A stretch of 41,072 nucleotides of DNA. Source: an uncultured Planctomycetaceae bacterium. Its GTDB lineage: Bacteria; Planctomycetota; Planctomycetia; Pirellulales; UBA7805. The notes under the pieces were generated by a model, which ran no database searches, was not told the origin of the DNA, and worked only from the letters and a program-made list of their open reading frames with translations. How positions within the stretch are numbered: the first letter of the stretch is position 1; every line of letters begins with the position of its first letter. Both the position numbers and the translations under genes were made by a program. Below, piece after piece: positions 9,177-18,040 of the stretch. The DNA is taken from assembly GCA_964347545.1 (NCBI GenBank), contig CAYFZZ010000251.1:1-41072 (forward strand), read 5' to 3'.

Positions 9177-9334
9177 TTGCCATACCGTTCCATGGCCGAG
9201 CGGTCTGGTGGTCAACCGCAAAGCGGTGACAGGAAAAATTCTCGGCCGCCAGCCCAGCCTAGTAAAGCTCGCTCGATTTCTCGGGCTTGCCGCACGCTTC
9301 ACAACGGCCAAAACCACAAATGCTCATATTTTAT

Positions 9335-9419
9335 GCGGGATGCGGGTTGCGGGAGGCGGGATGCGGGTTATGGGGTGCGGGTCGCGGGAGGCGGGATGCG
9401 GGAGGCGGGTTTTGCGCAG
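9335..9419 (+). repeat. Tandem G-rich heptamer array (GCGGGNN x ~12)
   Basis: Read directly from the sequence: GCGGGAT GCGGGTT GCGGGAG GCGGGAT GCGGGTT ATGGGGT GCGGGTC GCGGGAG GCGGGAT GCGGGAG GCGGGTT. G3 tracts recur every 7 nt. Confidence 0.9.
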
Positions 9420-9467
9420 GGCTGCGCCCGGGGCTGTTGAATCGCTGTCCGGTGGGGCTGGGGTTTT

Positions 9468-9765
9468 CGCCCCGAAGGGGCGAGACTCGATAGCCCAGGC
9501 CGCAGGCCTGGGAATGACATGGGAAAAAATCCCAGCCCCAACGGGGCGTAACCCATTGGTTTTCCCAGGGCTGTGCCCTGAGCTGCCGCGTCACGGCCCG
9601 TTGGGCCTGGGGTGCGGGATGCGTCAGGCGGGGGACGGGCAGGAGTGCCCGTCCTACAAGCATCCCTATCGCAATCAACGGCGGAGCGGTTGTAGGTACG
9701 TTCCGCAACTCAACCGCGGAGCGGTTGCAGCGATTAGCCGGAGGTAAGCGGAGCGCCACCTCCGG
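9468..9765. repeat. Cluster of short GC-rich palindromic (REP-like) stem-loops
   Basis: The palindromes are CGCCCC-GAA-GGGGCG (9468-9482), CCCAGGCC-GCA-GGCCTGGG (9494-9512), TGGGA-AAAAA-TCCCA (9520-9534), CCCC-AAC-GGGG (9537-9547), CAGGGC-TGT-GCCCTG (9566-9580), GGCCC-GTT-GGGCC (9595-9607), GGACGGGCA-GGAG-TGCCCGTCC (9633-9654) and CCGGAGGT...ACCTCCGG (9738-9765). CAACSGCGGAGCGGTTG occurs twice, at 9676-9692 and 9711-9727. Confidence 0.85.
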
Positions 9766-9779
9766 ATAAGCAGGCCTCG

Positions 9780-9804
9780 AAAAAAAAGCATCCCGAAGGG
9801 ATGC
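9780..9804 (-). terminator. Rho-independent-type terminator on the minus strand (7-bp GC stem, GAA loop, U8 tail)
   Basis: The plus strand reads AAAAAAAA GCATCCC GAA GGGATGC. On the minus strand this is GCATCCC-TTC-GGGATGC followed by T8. No annotated minus-strand gene lies upstream of it. Confidence 0.6.
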
Positions 9805-9816
9805 CAGCCAGACGAG

Positions 9817-9842
9817 TTGCGGGATGCGGGATGCGGGATGCG
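9817..9842 (+). repeat. Second copy of the GCGGGAT heptamer array (x3)
   Basis: The sequence is TTGCGGGATGCGGGATGCGGGATGCG. It uses the same unit as the array at 9335-9419. Confidence 0.85.
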
Positions 9843-9883
9843 CTTACCAATCCCGCCCTCTCACCACTCACCACTGCCCCCTA

Positions 9884-9954
9884 GAACCTTCCCAGGACAG
9901 GCAAGGGGAACCTTCCCAGGAACCTTCCCAGGGAACCTTCCCAGGACAGGCAAT
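9884..9954 (+). repeat. Tandem 12-13-nt repeat GAACCTTCCCAGG x4, the outer copies extended by ACAGGCAA
   Basis: Copies lie at 9884-9896, 9908-9920, 9921-9933 and 9934-9946. The extended form GAACCTTCCCAGGACAGGCAA occurs at 9884-9904 and 9934-9954. Confidence 0.9.
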
Positions 9955-10170
9955 GCGGCCCCCGCTTCGTCGCGGAGCAGAATATTGCCCACACTGCCTA
10001 TCTTCTATATCTTGTAATTCGTCTCCCTTTTTTCGTCGCCCCTCCGCTACCCACTTTCCCTGCATCCGCCAAAAGGCCGGTTGGGCCCAGCGGGCCGCAG
10101 CTGCCGCCAAAATCGCTGCAAACAGGCCCTCACGGCGGCCTCCCCTCCCGCCCCGGTCCTCGGCCCGCGG

Positions 10171-10330
10171 CCAAATCATGCCTGTCCTTTTTTGCTCCTG
10201 CGGTTATGGCTGTCCTTTTTTGCGGTTCCTTTTTTGCGGTTCCAATCATGCCTGTCCTTTTTTGCTCCTGTTTTTGCTCCTGCGGTTATGCCTGTCCTTT
10301 TTCGCGGTTCCCTTGGCTGCGGTTTTGGGG
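10171..10330 (+). repeat. Pyrimidine-rich degenerate tandem repeats with ~70-bp higher-order period
   Basis: AATCATGCCTGTCCTTTTTTGCTCCTG occurs at 10174-10200 and 10244-10270. The sub-units TGTCCTTTTTTGC, TTTTTGCGGTTCC and GCTCCTGCGGTTATG are reiterated between and after these copies. Confidence 0.85.
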
Positions 10331-10600
10331 GCAGTGGGGGGGCCGATCGCGGGCTGCCCCTTCCGTTGCGCCGCAGGTTCTGGCAATCTGACAGGTAGTT
10401 TCGCCATCCGGGTTAGCTTGCCATGGGTTCAGCCTCACGACTGGCTGCGGACTGAGCGTTGGCGGCAGCCCGCCGGCGTTTCCCCTCGTGGGGAAATCGG
10501 CCCCCCGGCGCCCCGGTTGTGATCTGGCCGACTTGCCCCCCCGGTCCTGGTGGCCGTTTGCGTCTGATCACCATCGGTTTTTTTCCTTCCCCGACCATGA

Positions 10601-12895
<2,295 letters not shown>

Positions 12896-13091
12896 CCTGC
12901 GTGCGGGCATCGGGTTCCCACAGATCCGGGTCGTCCCCGTGCGGCCCTCGCGGCCTTTGCGCGCCGCCGGCCACAGAAACGCGACCCGGGGGTGGTCCAC
13001 CCATTGTGTAGCGGACGGGACCGCGATCCAGGCTGGGCCGAGCAGCGGCCTGCGGGGGTGACCGCCACGAACACCGGCGGCGGGGTGGTGG

Positions 13092-13895
13092 TTAGAGGGG
13101 GACGATGTCTGTATGGGGGGCGAGCGCCACCGGCTGGGGGACCGCGGGCTGCTGCAGGGGGACGGTCTGGCAGACTCGCAAAGCCAAGGCCGCTGGCTGC
13201 GGGCAGCGGGCCGCCAGCGCCAGATAGTGGGGTCCCCGCTCGAGTTGGACGAACTGCCACCACCGCGGATCATCCTCGAGGTCGGCCAGGAAGGTGATCG
13301 TGGGGGGGTGGGGGGGAGCGAACTGAAAGGCGAAGTCGGCCAGGGGGAGGGAAAAGCCCTTGCCGCGGGCCTTGATGTAGGCCTCTTTCAACGTCCAGAT
13401 GCGGAAAAACGCCTCCCGCTGCTGGGACGGGTCGAACCGCTCCAGGTAAGCTACTTCCGGCTGAGCGAAAAAGCGCCGCGCGATCGACTGCGGTTCGGTG
13501 CGGCGATCGATCCGTTCGACGTCGACGCCCAGCAGGGGTAGGTCCGCCACCCCGCAGATCACCAGCCCCTCGCTGTGCGAAATGTTGAAGGCCAGCGGCA
13601 GTTCCCGGGGGCCGGCCACGTGCGGCTTGCCGAATTTGTCCGCCGCAAAGACCCACTCCTGGGGCGGGACGTCGTAGTAATAAGACAGCGCGGACCGGAC
13701 CAAGGCCCGGGTCACCAGGTATTGGTGACGATGTTTGTCAAACACGAACCGGTCCGCCTGCTGGGCTTCGGTGGCCGTGATCAGCTTGCGGTACTGATCC
13801 AACAGCGCCGGGTCGTCCACTTCGGCCACCGACGTGTACCAAAGGTCGATCCCGCCGGGGGAAAGGCCGTGGTTGCGAGCCTGGCTGTGGGACAT
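13092..13895 (-). CDS. 4'-phosphopantetheinyl transferase (Sfp/EntD type)
   Basis: This is the 3' part of track ORF 13092..14387(-), taken from ATG 13895 (MSHSQARN...). It has FNISHSEGLVICGV, GVDVERI and the WTLKEAYIKARGKG motif characteristic of Sfp-type PPTases. Confidence 0.85.
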   Translation of the reverse strand: MSHSQARNHGLSPGGIDLWYTSVAEVDDPALLDQYRKLITATEAQQADRFVFDKHRHQYLVTRALVRSALSYYYDVPPQEWVFAADKFGKPHVAGPRELPLAFNISHSEGLVICGVADLPLLGVDVERIDRRTEPQSIARRFFAQPEVAYLERFDPSQQREAFFRIWTLKEAYIKARGKGFSLPLADFAFQFAPPHPPTITFLADLEDDPRWWQFVQLERGPHYLALAARCPQPAALALRVCQTVPLQQPAVPQPVALAPHTDIVPL

Positions 13896-13918
13896 CGTCA
13901 GACCACTTTCCCCCGTGC

Positions 13919-14365
13919 CTAGGAGCGTTCCCCGGGCGGTTGCTCTTTGTCGGACAGGCCCGGTACCAGCTCCCTCCGATCCCCCGCCAGGTACCGAATC
14001 ACGTTCCCGGTGTCGATCAGCAGGGAGGCGAGGTTCAGACCCAGCAGCACCCGCAGCCAGATCCCGTAGGCATGGTCGGCCGGGCACTCCTCCAGGCGGG
14101 TGGCCAGGTAAAAGACCAGCGGGATCCAAGGCAGGTGAGCCAGGCTCAGCAGCCGGGTGAACCCTTGAGCGGCGGTGAGCAGGGTGAAGAGGGCTGAGTT
14201 GGCGATGGTGGTCAGGAAGACCACGCGGGCTTCGGGTCGGGTGATGAAGACCAGGGGCAGGATCAGGTTGGCGATGAACAGGGCGGCCAGGAAGGGTCGC
14301 CAGTACCACGGCATGCGGGCCAGGCCCCGATGGTATTGGACAAAGGCACGGGCCAGAGTTTGCAT
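13919..14365 (-). CDS. Hypothetical small integral membrane protein (about 4 TM)
   Basis: This is the 3' part of track ORF 13919..14575(-), taken from ATG 14365 (MQTLARAFVQY). It has four hydrophobic helices. I recognise no family. Confidence 0.5.
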   Translation of the reverse strand: MQTLARAFVQYHRGLARMPWYWRPFLAALFIANLILPLVFITRPEARVVFLTTIANSALFTLLTAAQGFTRLLSLAHLPWIPLVFYLATRLEECPADHAYGIWLRVLLGLNLASLLIDTGNVIRYLAGDRRELVPGLSDKEQPPGERS

Positions 14366-14442
14366 GGTTGCTTCCCACGGCAGCCACGAGAGGGTGGGGG
14401 GCGGTCGGGGGGGATCGCGGGTCCCGTCGCGGCAGTTGGGGT

Positions 14443-15186
14443 TCAATAATAAAACACGCCCCAGGGCGAGATGTACCACTGCCGGCGTTGGTTCAGCGGA
14501 GCGTATTGGCTGAAGGCCTGGCCTCGCCGCGCCGCCTCGGCCGCAGCCCGTTCGGCCGCCCGTTCCCGTTCCCAAATCGCACGCTCGCGATCCTCCCGGC
14601 GAGTCTCTTCGCGGGCCTCTTCCTGCTGCTTCATCAAGTCGGCTCTGCGAGCGACCCGTTCCTGCTGGGCGCGACGCGACTGGGCGTACGCTTGGGCTTG
14701 CACGGCCCGTTTGTCCCGAAACTTCTGCAGTTCCTCGCGCAACTGGCCCGCGGACATTTTAAAGACGTTGGGCACCTGGCCGTCGGGGGCCACCAGGCGT
14801 CGCCGCGCTCGCTGGTTCAAGACATCCAGGTACAGGCGGGCTTCGTGAGCCTGATCGCTCAACAACACCGCCAGCCGTTCCTCGGTGTCCACCAGGAAAT
14901 CTGCCAATTCTGTAGCGGACATGGCGGCGATCTGTTTTTTCAGGCCTGCTTTCAGCTGAGCCACTTCGGCGGCGGTATAGATTTTTTGCACCTCCAGCCA
15001 CTGTGCCAGGGATTCCTGCATCCGCCGCCAGCGGGGGCTGTGCAGGATTTTGTCCCGGTCTGCCGTCTCCTGGGCGTCGGGCGGTTGAGCGGCGCTGACG
15101 ACCCGCCCCTCTTCCATCGGGACGCCTCCTCCCAGGAAGACCAAAAGGCCCAGGATCATCCCGGCATGGCTTGTCCACTTCCCCAT
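14443..15186 (-). CDS. Hypothetical secreted, highly charged coiled-coil-like protein
   Basis: This is track ORF 14443..15186(-). It has an N-terminal hydrophobic signal/anchor (MILGLLVFLGGGV) followed by a Glu/Arg/Gln-rich helical sequence. The antisense ORF 14368..15513(+) lacks any protein-like features. Confidence 0.55.
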   Translation of the reverse strand: MGKWTSHAGMILGLLVFLGGGVPMEEGRVVSAAQPPDAQETADRDKILHSPRWRRMQESLAQWLEVQKIYTAAEVAQLKAGLKKQIAAMSATELADFLVDTEERLAVLLSDQAHEARLYLDVLNQRARRRLVAPDGQVPNVFKMSAGQLREELQKFRDKRAVQAQAYAQSRRAQQERVARRADLMKQQEEAREETRREDRERAIWERERAAERAAAEAARRGQAFSQYAPLNQRRQWYISPWGVFYY

Positions 15187-15243
15187 GGCTCGTCCTCCCT
15201 CCCTCTTGCTTGTGCCGCGTCTTCCCTCCCGCGGGGATCTCGC

Positions 15244-16158
15244 TCACCGCGGCAACCGTACGCGTTGGAACTCTACCACGGAATTGTCCAGTGCCGCGTC
15301 GCCAACCTTCACGTGGCTGGCATTCAGCACCCAGCGGTCTTCCCCTTCGGGGACCCAAAAGTTGACCGCCGCCGACCGCTTCCCGTCGCTCAACACCCCG
15401 CTGGTCTTCTCAATCCAGGCACCGTCTTCCCGCCGCCAATCTCCTTCGACGATGGTCCCGTCCGAGAGGAAGGTCCAGGAACGAATTTTACCAGCGGCGG
15501 CGTCCCAGCCTAGCCGCTGGGTGCCGCGGCGGACCACGCTCCCCGCTTGCTCAATCGTAAACCGCCGCAGGATGAATTTTTCATTTTCGCTCCAGACACC
15601 AGACCACCGCACGCTCAGATTTCCACCCTCTCCCACCCACTCGCCCAGCATCCAGCTGAGCGCTTCCAGGGGATGACCGGATGCCGCGGAGGCGGGCGCC
15701 CGTTCGCGAACACTATCCAGCAGCCAGCGGGGACCCCGTTTGACCCACACCGCGGTAAACCGCCCCGGGACGACGTGGGCCCCCTGGACCCTCCGCGAGG
15801 TCCCCTCTTCGATGGCCACGTCCGCCGTGACAAATCGCAGGGACGATTCGGTGTCGACGTCGATGCCACCGGTCCCTGCCTGCGGCTGACCCGCCTTGAA
15901 TTGTTGCTGGATCAGGGCTCGAGCGTCGAACGAGCGGTCGGTGGCGTTTACGTAGACCCCCCCTGGCACCCAGTGTTCGGCCAGCGCCTCGGCATCCCCC
16001 CGTCGCAGGGCGGCGACATACGCCTTCCCCGCCGCCCGGATCGCGGCCCGATCGGCGTCTTGTGGGCCGGACCCCTCGTCGGCGATGATTTGCCAGCCGG
16101 TAAGGAGTATCAAGCCACTACCCACTGCGGCAACGGTTAGCAATCTGAAACAACTCAT
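15244..16158 (-). CDS. Secreted protein with NTF2-like (SnoaL/DUF4440-type) domains
   Basis: This is track ORF 15244..16158(-). It has a signal peptide (MSCFRLLTVAAVGSGLILLTG). The segments DRAAIRAAGKAYVAALRRGDAEALAEHWVPGGVYV and RFTAVWVKRGPRWLL are typical of DUF4440/SnoaL-like folds. The second half looks like a related beta-rich domain. Confidence 0.6.
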   Translation of the reverse strand: MSCFRLLTVAAVGSGLILLTGWQIIADEGSGPQDADRAAIRAAGKAYVAALRRGDAEALAEHWVPGGVYVNATDRSFDARALIQQQFKAGQPQAGTGGIDVDTESSLRFVTADVAIEEGTSRRVQGAHVVPGRFTAVWVKRGPRWLLDSVRERAPASAASGHPLEALSWMLGEWVGEGGNLSVRWSGVWSENEKFILRRFTIEQAGSVVRRGTQRLGWDAAAGKIRSWTFLSDGTIVEGDWRREDGAWIEKTSGVLSDGKRSAAVNFWVPEGEDRWVLNASHVKVGDAALDNSVVEFQRVRLPR

Positions 16159-16443
16159 ACCTTCCTCCTGGGTGTTTTGCCGCGCAGTTCCCGTGGGGCC
16201 CGATGCCTGTTGTTATACTACAGCCAGAGCGGGTGCGCGAAGAATCTGCCAGGGGTGTGCCAGGCCGTGGGGGCGCCGGTGGGCGCTGCTTTCCGTGCGG
16301 CGGGATTCGGTTCACCCCTGGCCACCCCCCTCCCATCTCGCGGCGGCGTTCCTGGCCCCGCCTCCCCGACCAGCCCCCCCTGCAGCCGACCTCCCTGCGG
16401 CTGGCGCGTCTTGGCTGGGTCTGCGGAAAGTTAATGGATTTTA

Positions 16444-16561
16444 GACAGGATCAACAGGATCAACAGGATGAGGCACGAAATTAAGAATCCAACGGAGCAT
16501 CGCCTCACGGATTTACAGCCCGCTGATCCTGTTACATCCTGTTGATCCTGTCGATCCTGTC
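16444..16561. repeat. 27-bp inverted repeat built from tandem 9-mers (CAGGATCAA), 64-nt spacer
   Basis: The left arm is GACAGGATCAACAGGATCAACAGGATG (16444-16470). The right arm is CATCCTGTTGATCCTGTCGATCCTGTC (16535-16561), with one mismatch. An inner pair TGAGGC (16469-16474) / GCCTCA (16502-16507) lies within the spacer. The structure sits 42 nt downstream of the VOC gene stop. Confidence 0.85.
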
Positions 16562-16602
16562 AAAATCGCTCTGCCGTCAGCCAAGAATCGCTGTGGGCCT
16601 GT

Positions 16603-17001
16603 TCAGTCTGCAGGAGGAGCCAGGGGTTGCCACAAGCCGATAATATTGTCTTCGCTGTCCTTGACTTGAGCGTAGATGCCCAGTTGAGCGATGGGCAGGG
16701 GGCCCATCACCCGCGCTCCCCCCGCGGCCTCCACGTCGGCGACCCGCTGGTCACAGGAGTCGACTTCGATCACCACCACCGGCGCGGTGCTGCCACCCTC
16801 CGCGCCGCGAGGGAACATGCCCCCGTTGATTCCGCCAGGCTGGGCCGGTTGGAACTTCTCGTCCAGCGGCGTGGTGATCGCAAACAAGTAGGGTATTTCG
16901 GTCGGCGCGGGGTAGATCTGCCAGCCGAACACCTCCCGATAAAACTTTTCGGCGCGACTTTGGTCCGCATACGGAATCTCGAACAGACAAACGCGATCCA
17001 T
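16603..17001 (-). CDS. VOC/glyoxalase-family protein
   Basis: This is track ORF 16603..17001(-), 132 aa. It starts with FEIPYADQSRAEKFYREVFGW and ends with GIYAQVKDSEDNIIGLWQ, which is the typical paired beta-alpha-beta-beta-beta VOC pattern. Confidence 0.85.
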   Translation of the reverse strand: MDRVCLFEIPYADQSRAEKFYREVFGWQIYPAPTEIPYLFAITTPLDEKFQPAQPGGINGGMFPRGAEGGSTAPVVVIEVDSCDQRVADVEAAGGARVMGPLPIAQLGIYAQVKDSEDNIIGLWQPLAPPAD

Positions 17002-17261
17002 GGTTTTCTCCCTGGCAGCGAGCAGAAATAAGGTCGGAGGGGAACAGCCTGCCGGGAAGGCTGGCCCGTGGCCGTTTGAGCATCTGGCATCCGCCGGCCC
17101 TTGTCAATCGCCGCGAGAGGGTCGCGTGCGGGGGAGGGTGTCCGCCCGGCGTCGCGCGTCAGGGGGGCAGATGGCAGCTGGCGGCGGGAAAGGCGTTCGG
17201 GGGGCTGACCGACGGCCGCCGGCTGCGGGGGGCCTGGCGGTCGCGGCTGCGGCCCGGGCGG

Positions 17262-17990
17262 TTAGAAGGGCCACTGGCGGCCGAGCGCTGTTTTTTGAGC
17301 GGCGGTCAGTTGTTTGATCCCGCGGCGGGCCAAGCTCAACAGCGCATGCAGCTCTTTTTCGCTGAACGTGGCCTCTTCTCCCGTCCCCTGCACTTCGACG
17401 AACCGGCCTGACCCGGTCATGACGACGTTCATGTCGACCGAGGCACCCACGTCTTCGGCATAATCCAGATCCAACACGGGGTGGCCGCCGACCAGTCCCA
17501 CGCTGACCGCTGCCACGCTGTGGGTCAAGGGAAACCGTCGCGGATCGGGCAGCTGCTTGTGCACGGCGGAGATGGCGTCGACCAGAGCGATCAGGGCGCC
17601 GGTGATACTGACGGTCCGTGTGCCACCGTCGGCCTCCAGGACGTCGCAGTCCACGGTGATCATCCGTTCGCCCAGCGCCTGCAGATCGGCCACCGCCCGC
17701 AGACTGCGCCCGATCAAACGTTGGATCTCGGTGGTGCGGCCGTCGACCTTTCCTCCTCGATCGCGCGACTTGCGGGGGCTGGTGCTGCCCGGCAGCATGC
17801 TGTATTCGGCCGTGATCCACCCTTTCCCCTGGCCGACCAGCCAGGGGGGGACCTGGTCGGCGACGGCGGCGGTGCAGAGCACGGTGGTGCGGCCGCACTG
17901 GATGAGCACGCTGCCGGGTGCCGAGCTGGTGTATCGCCGCTTGATCTTCAGCGGCCGCAATTCCGCTCGCCGACGCTGGTCGTGACGCAT
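17262..17990 (-). CDS. rph: Ribonuclease PH
   Basis: This is track ORF 17262..17990(-). It has [58 protein letters not shown], and [14 protein letters not shown]. Confidence 0.95.
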   Translation of the reverse strand: MRHDQRRRAELRPLKIKRRYTSSAPGSVLIQCGRTTVLCTAAVADQVPPWLVGQGKGWITAEYSMLPGSTSPRKSRDRGGKVDGRTTEIQRLIGRSLRAVADLQALGERMITVDCDVLEADGGTRTVSITGALIALVDAISAVHKQLPDPRRFPLTHSVAAVSVGLVGGHPVLDLDYAEDVGASVDMNVVMTGSGRFVEVQGTGEEATFSEKELHALLSLARRGIKQLTAAQKTALGRQWPF

Positions 17991-17993
17991 GGC

Positions 17994-18028
17994 GCTAGGG
18001 GCTAGGGGCTAGGGGCTAGGGGCTAGGG
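17994..18028 (+). repeat. Tandem heptamer (GCTAGGG) x5 followed by a G7 run
   Basis: The sequence GCTAGGGGCTAGGGGCTAGGGGCTAGGGGCTAGGG AAT GGGGGGG fills almost the whole 50-nt argF-rph spacer. Confidence 0.9.
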
Positions 18029-18040
18029 AATGGGGGGGAA

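Noticed and set aside
9192-9206. ATGGCCGAGCGGTCT, a 15-nt match to the D-arm of class II tRNAs (Ser/Leu), just after the malic enzyme stop. It could be a tRNA remnant or an att site.
   Set aside because: It has no acceptor stem, anticodon arm or GGTTCGAATCC-type T-loop around it. The match is too short to distinguish from chance.
9335-10330. Possible CRISPR array, considered because of the many direct repeats.
   Set aside because: The repeat units are 7-27 nt, are contiguous or irregularly spaced, and lack unique spacers of 25-40 nt. No cas genes are present. This is not CRISPR.
9824-10522. A 232-aa plus-strand ORF, with smaller ORFs 9177-9440, 9208-9747 and 9331-9759, inside the malic enzyme-katG gap.
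   Set aside because: The translations simply spell out the nucleotide repeats (MRDAGCG..., PVLFCSCGYGCPFLRFLFCG...). There are no domain-like features, and the frames are kept open by repeat composition, so I treat the region as non-coding.
13092-14387. A 431-aa minus-strand ORF that extends the PPTase N-terminally.
   Set aside because: The upstream 164 codons overlap the separate membrane-protein gene (13919-14365) in another frame and are Pro/Arg/Gly-rich. The PPTase homology starts at MSHSQ (ATG 13895).
14368-15513. A 381-aa plus-strand ORF.
   Set aside because: It lies antisense to two minus-strand ORFs that have signal peptides and domain-like sequence. Its own translation has no recognisable features.
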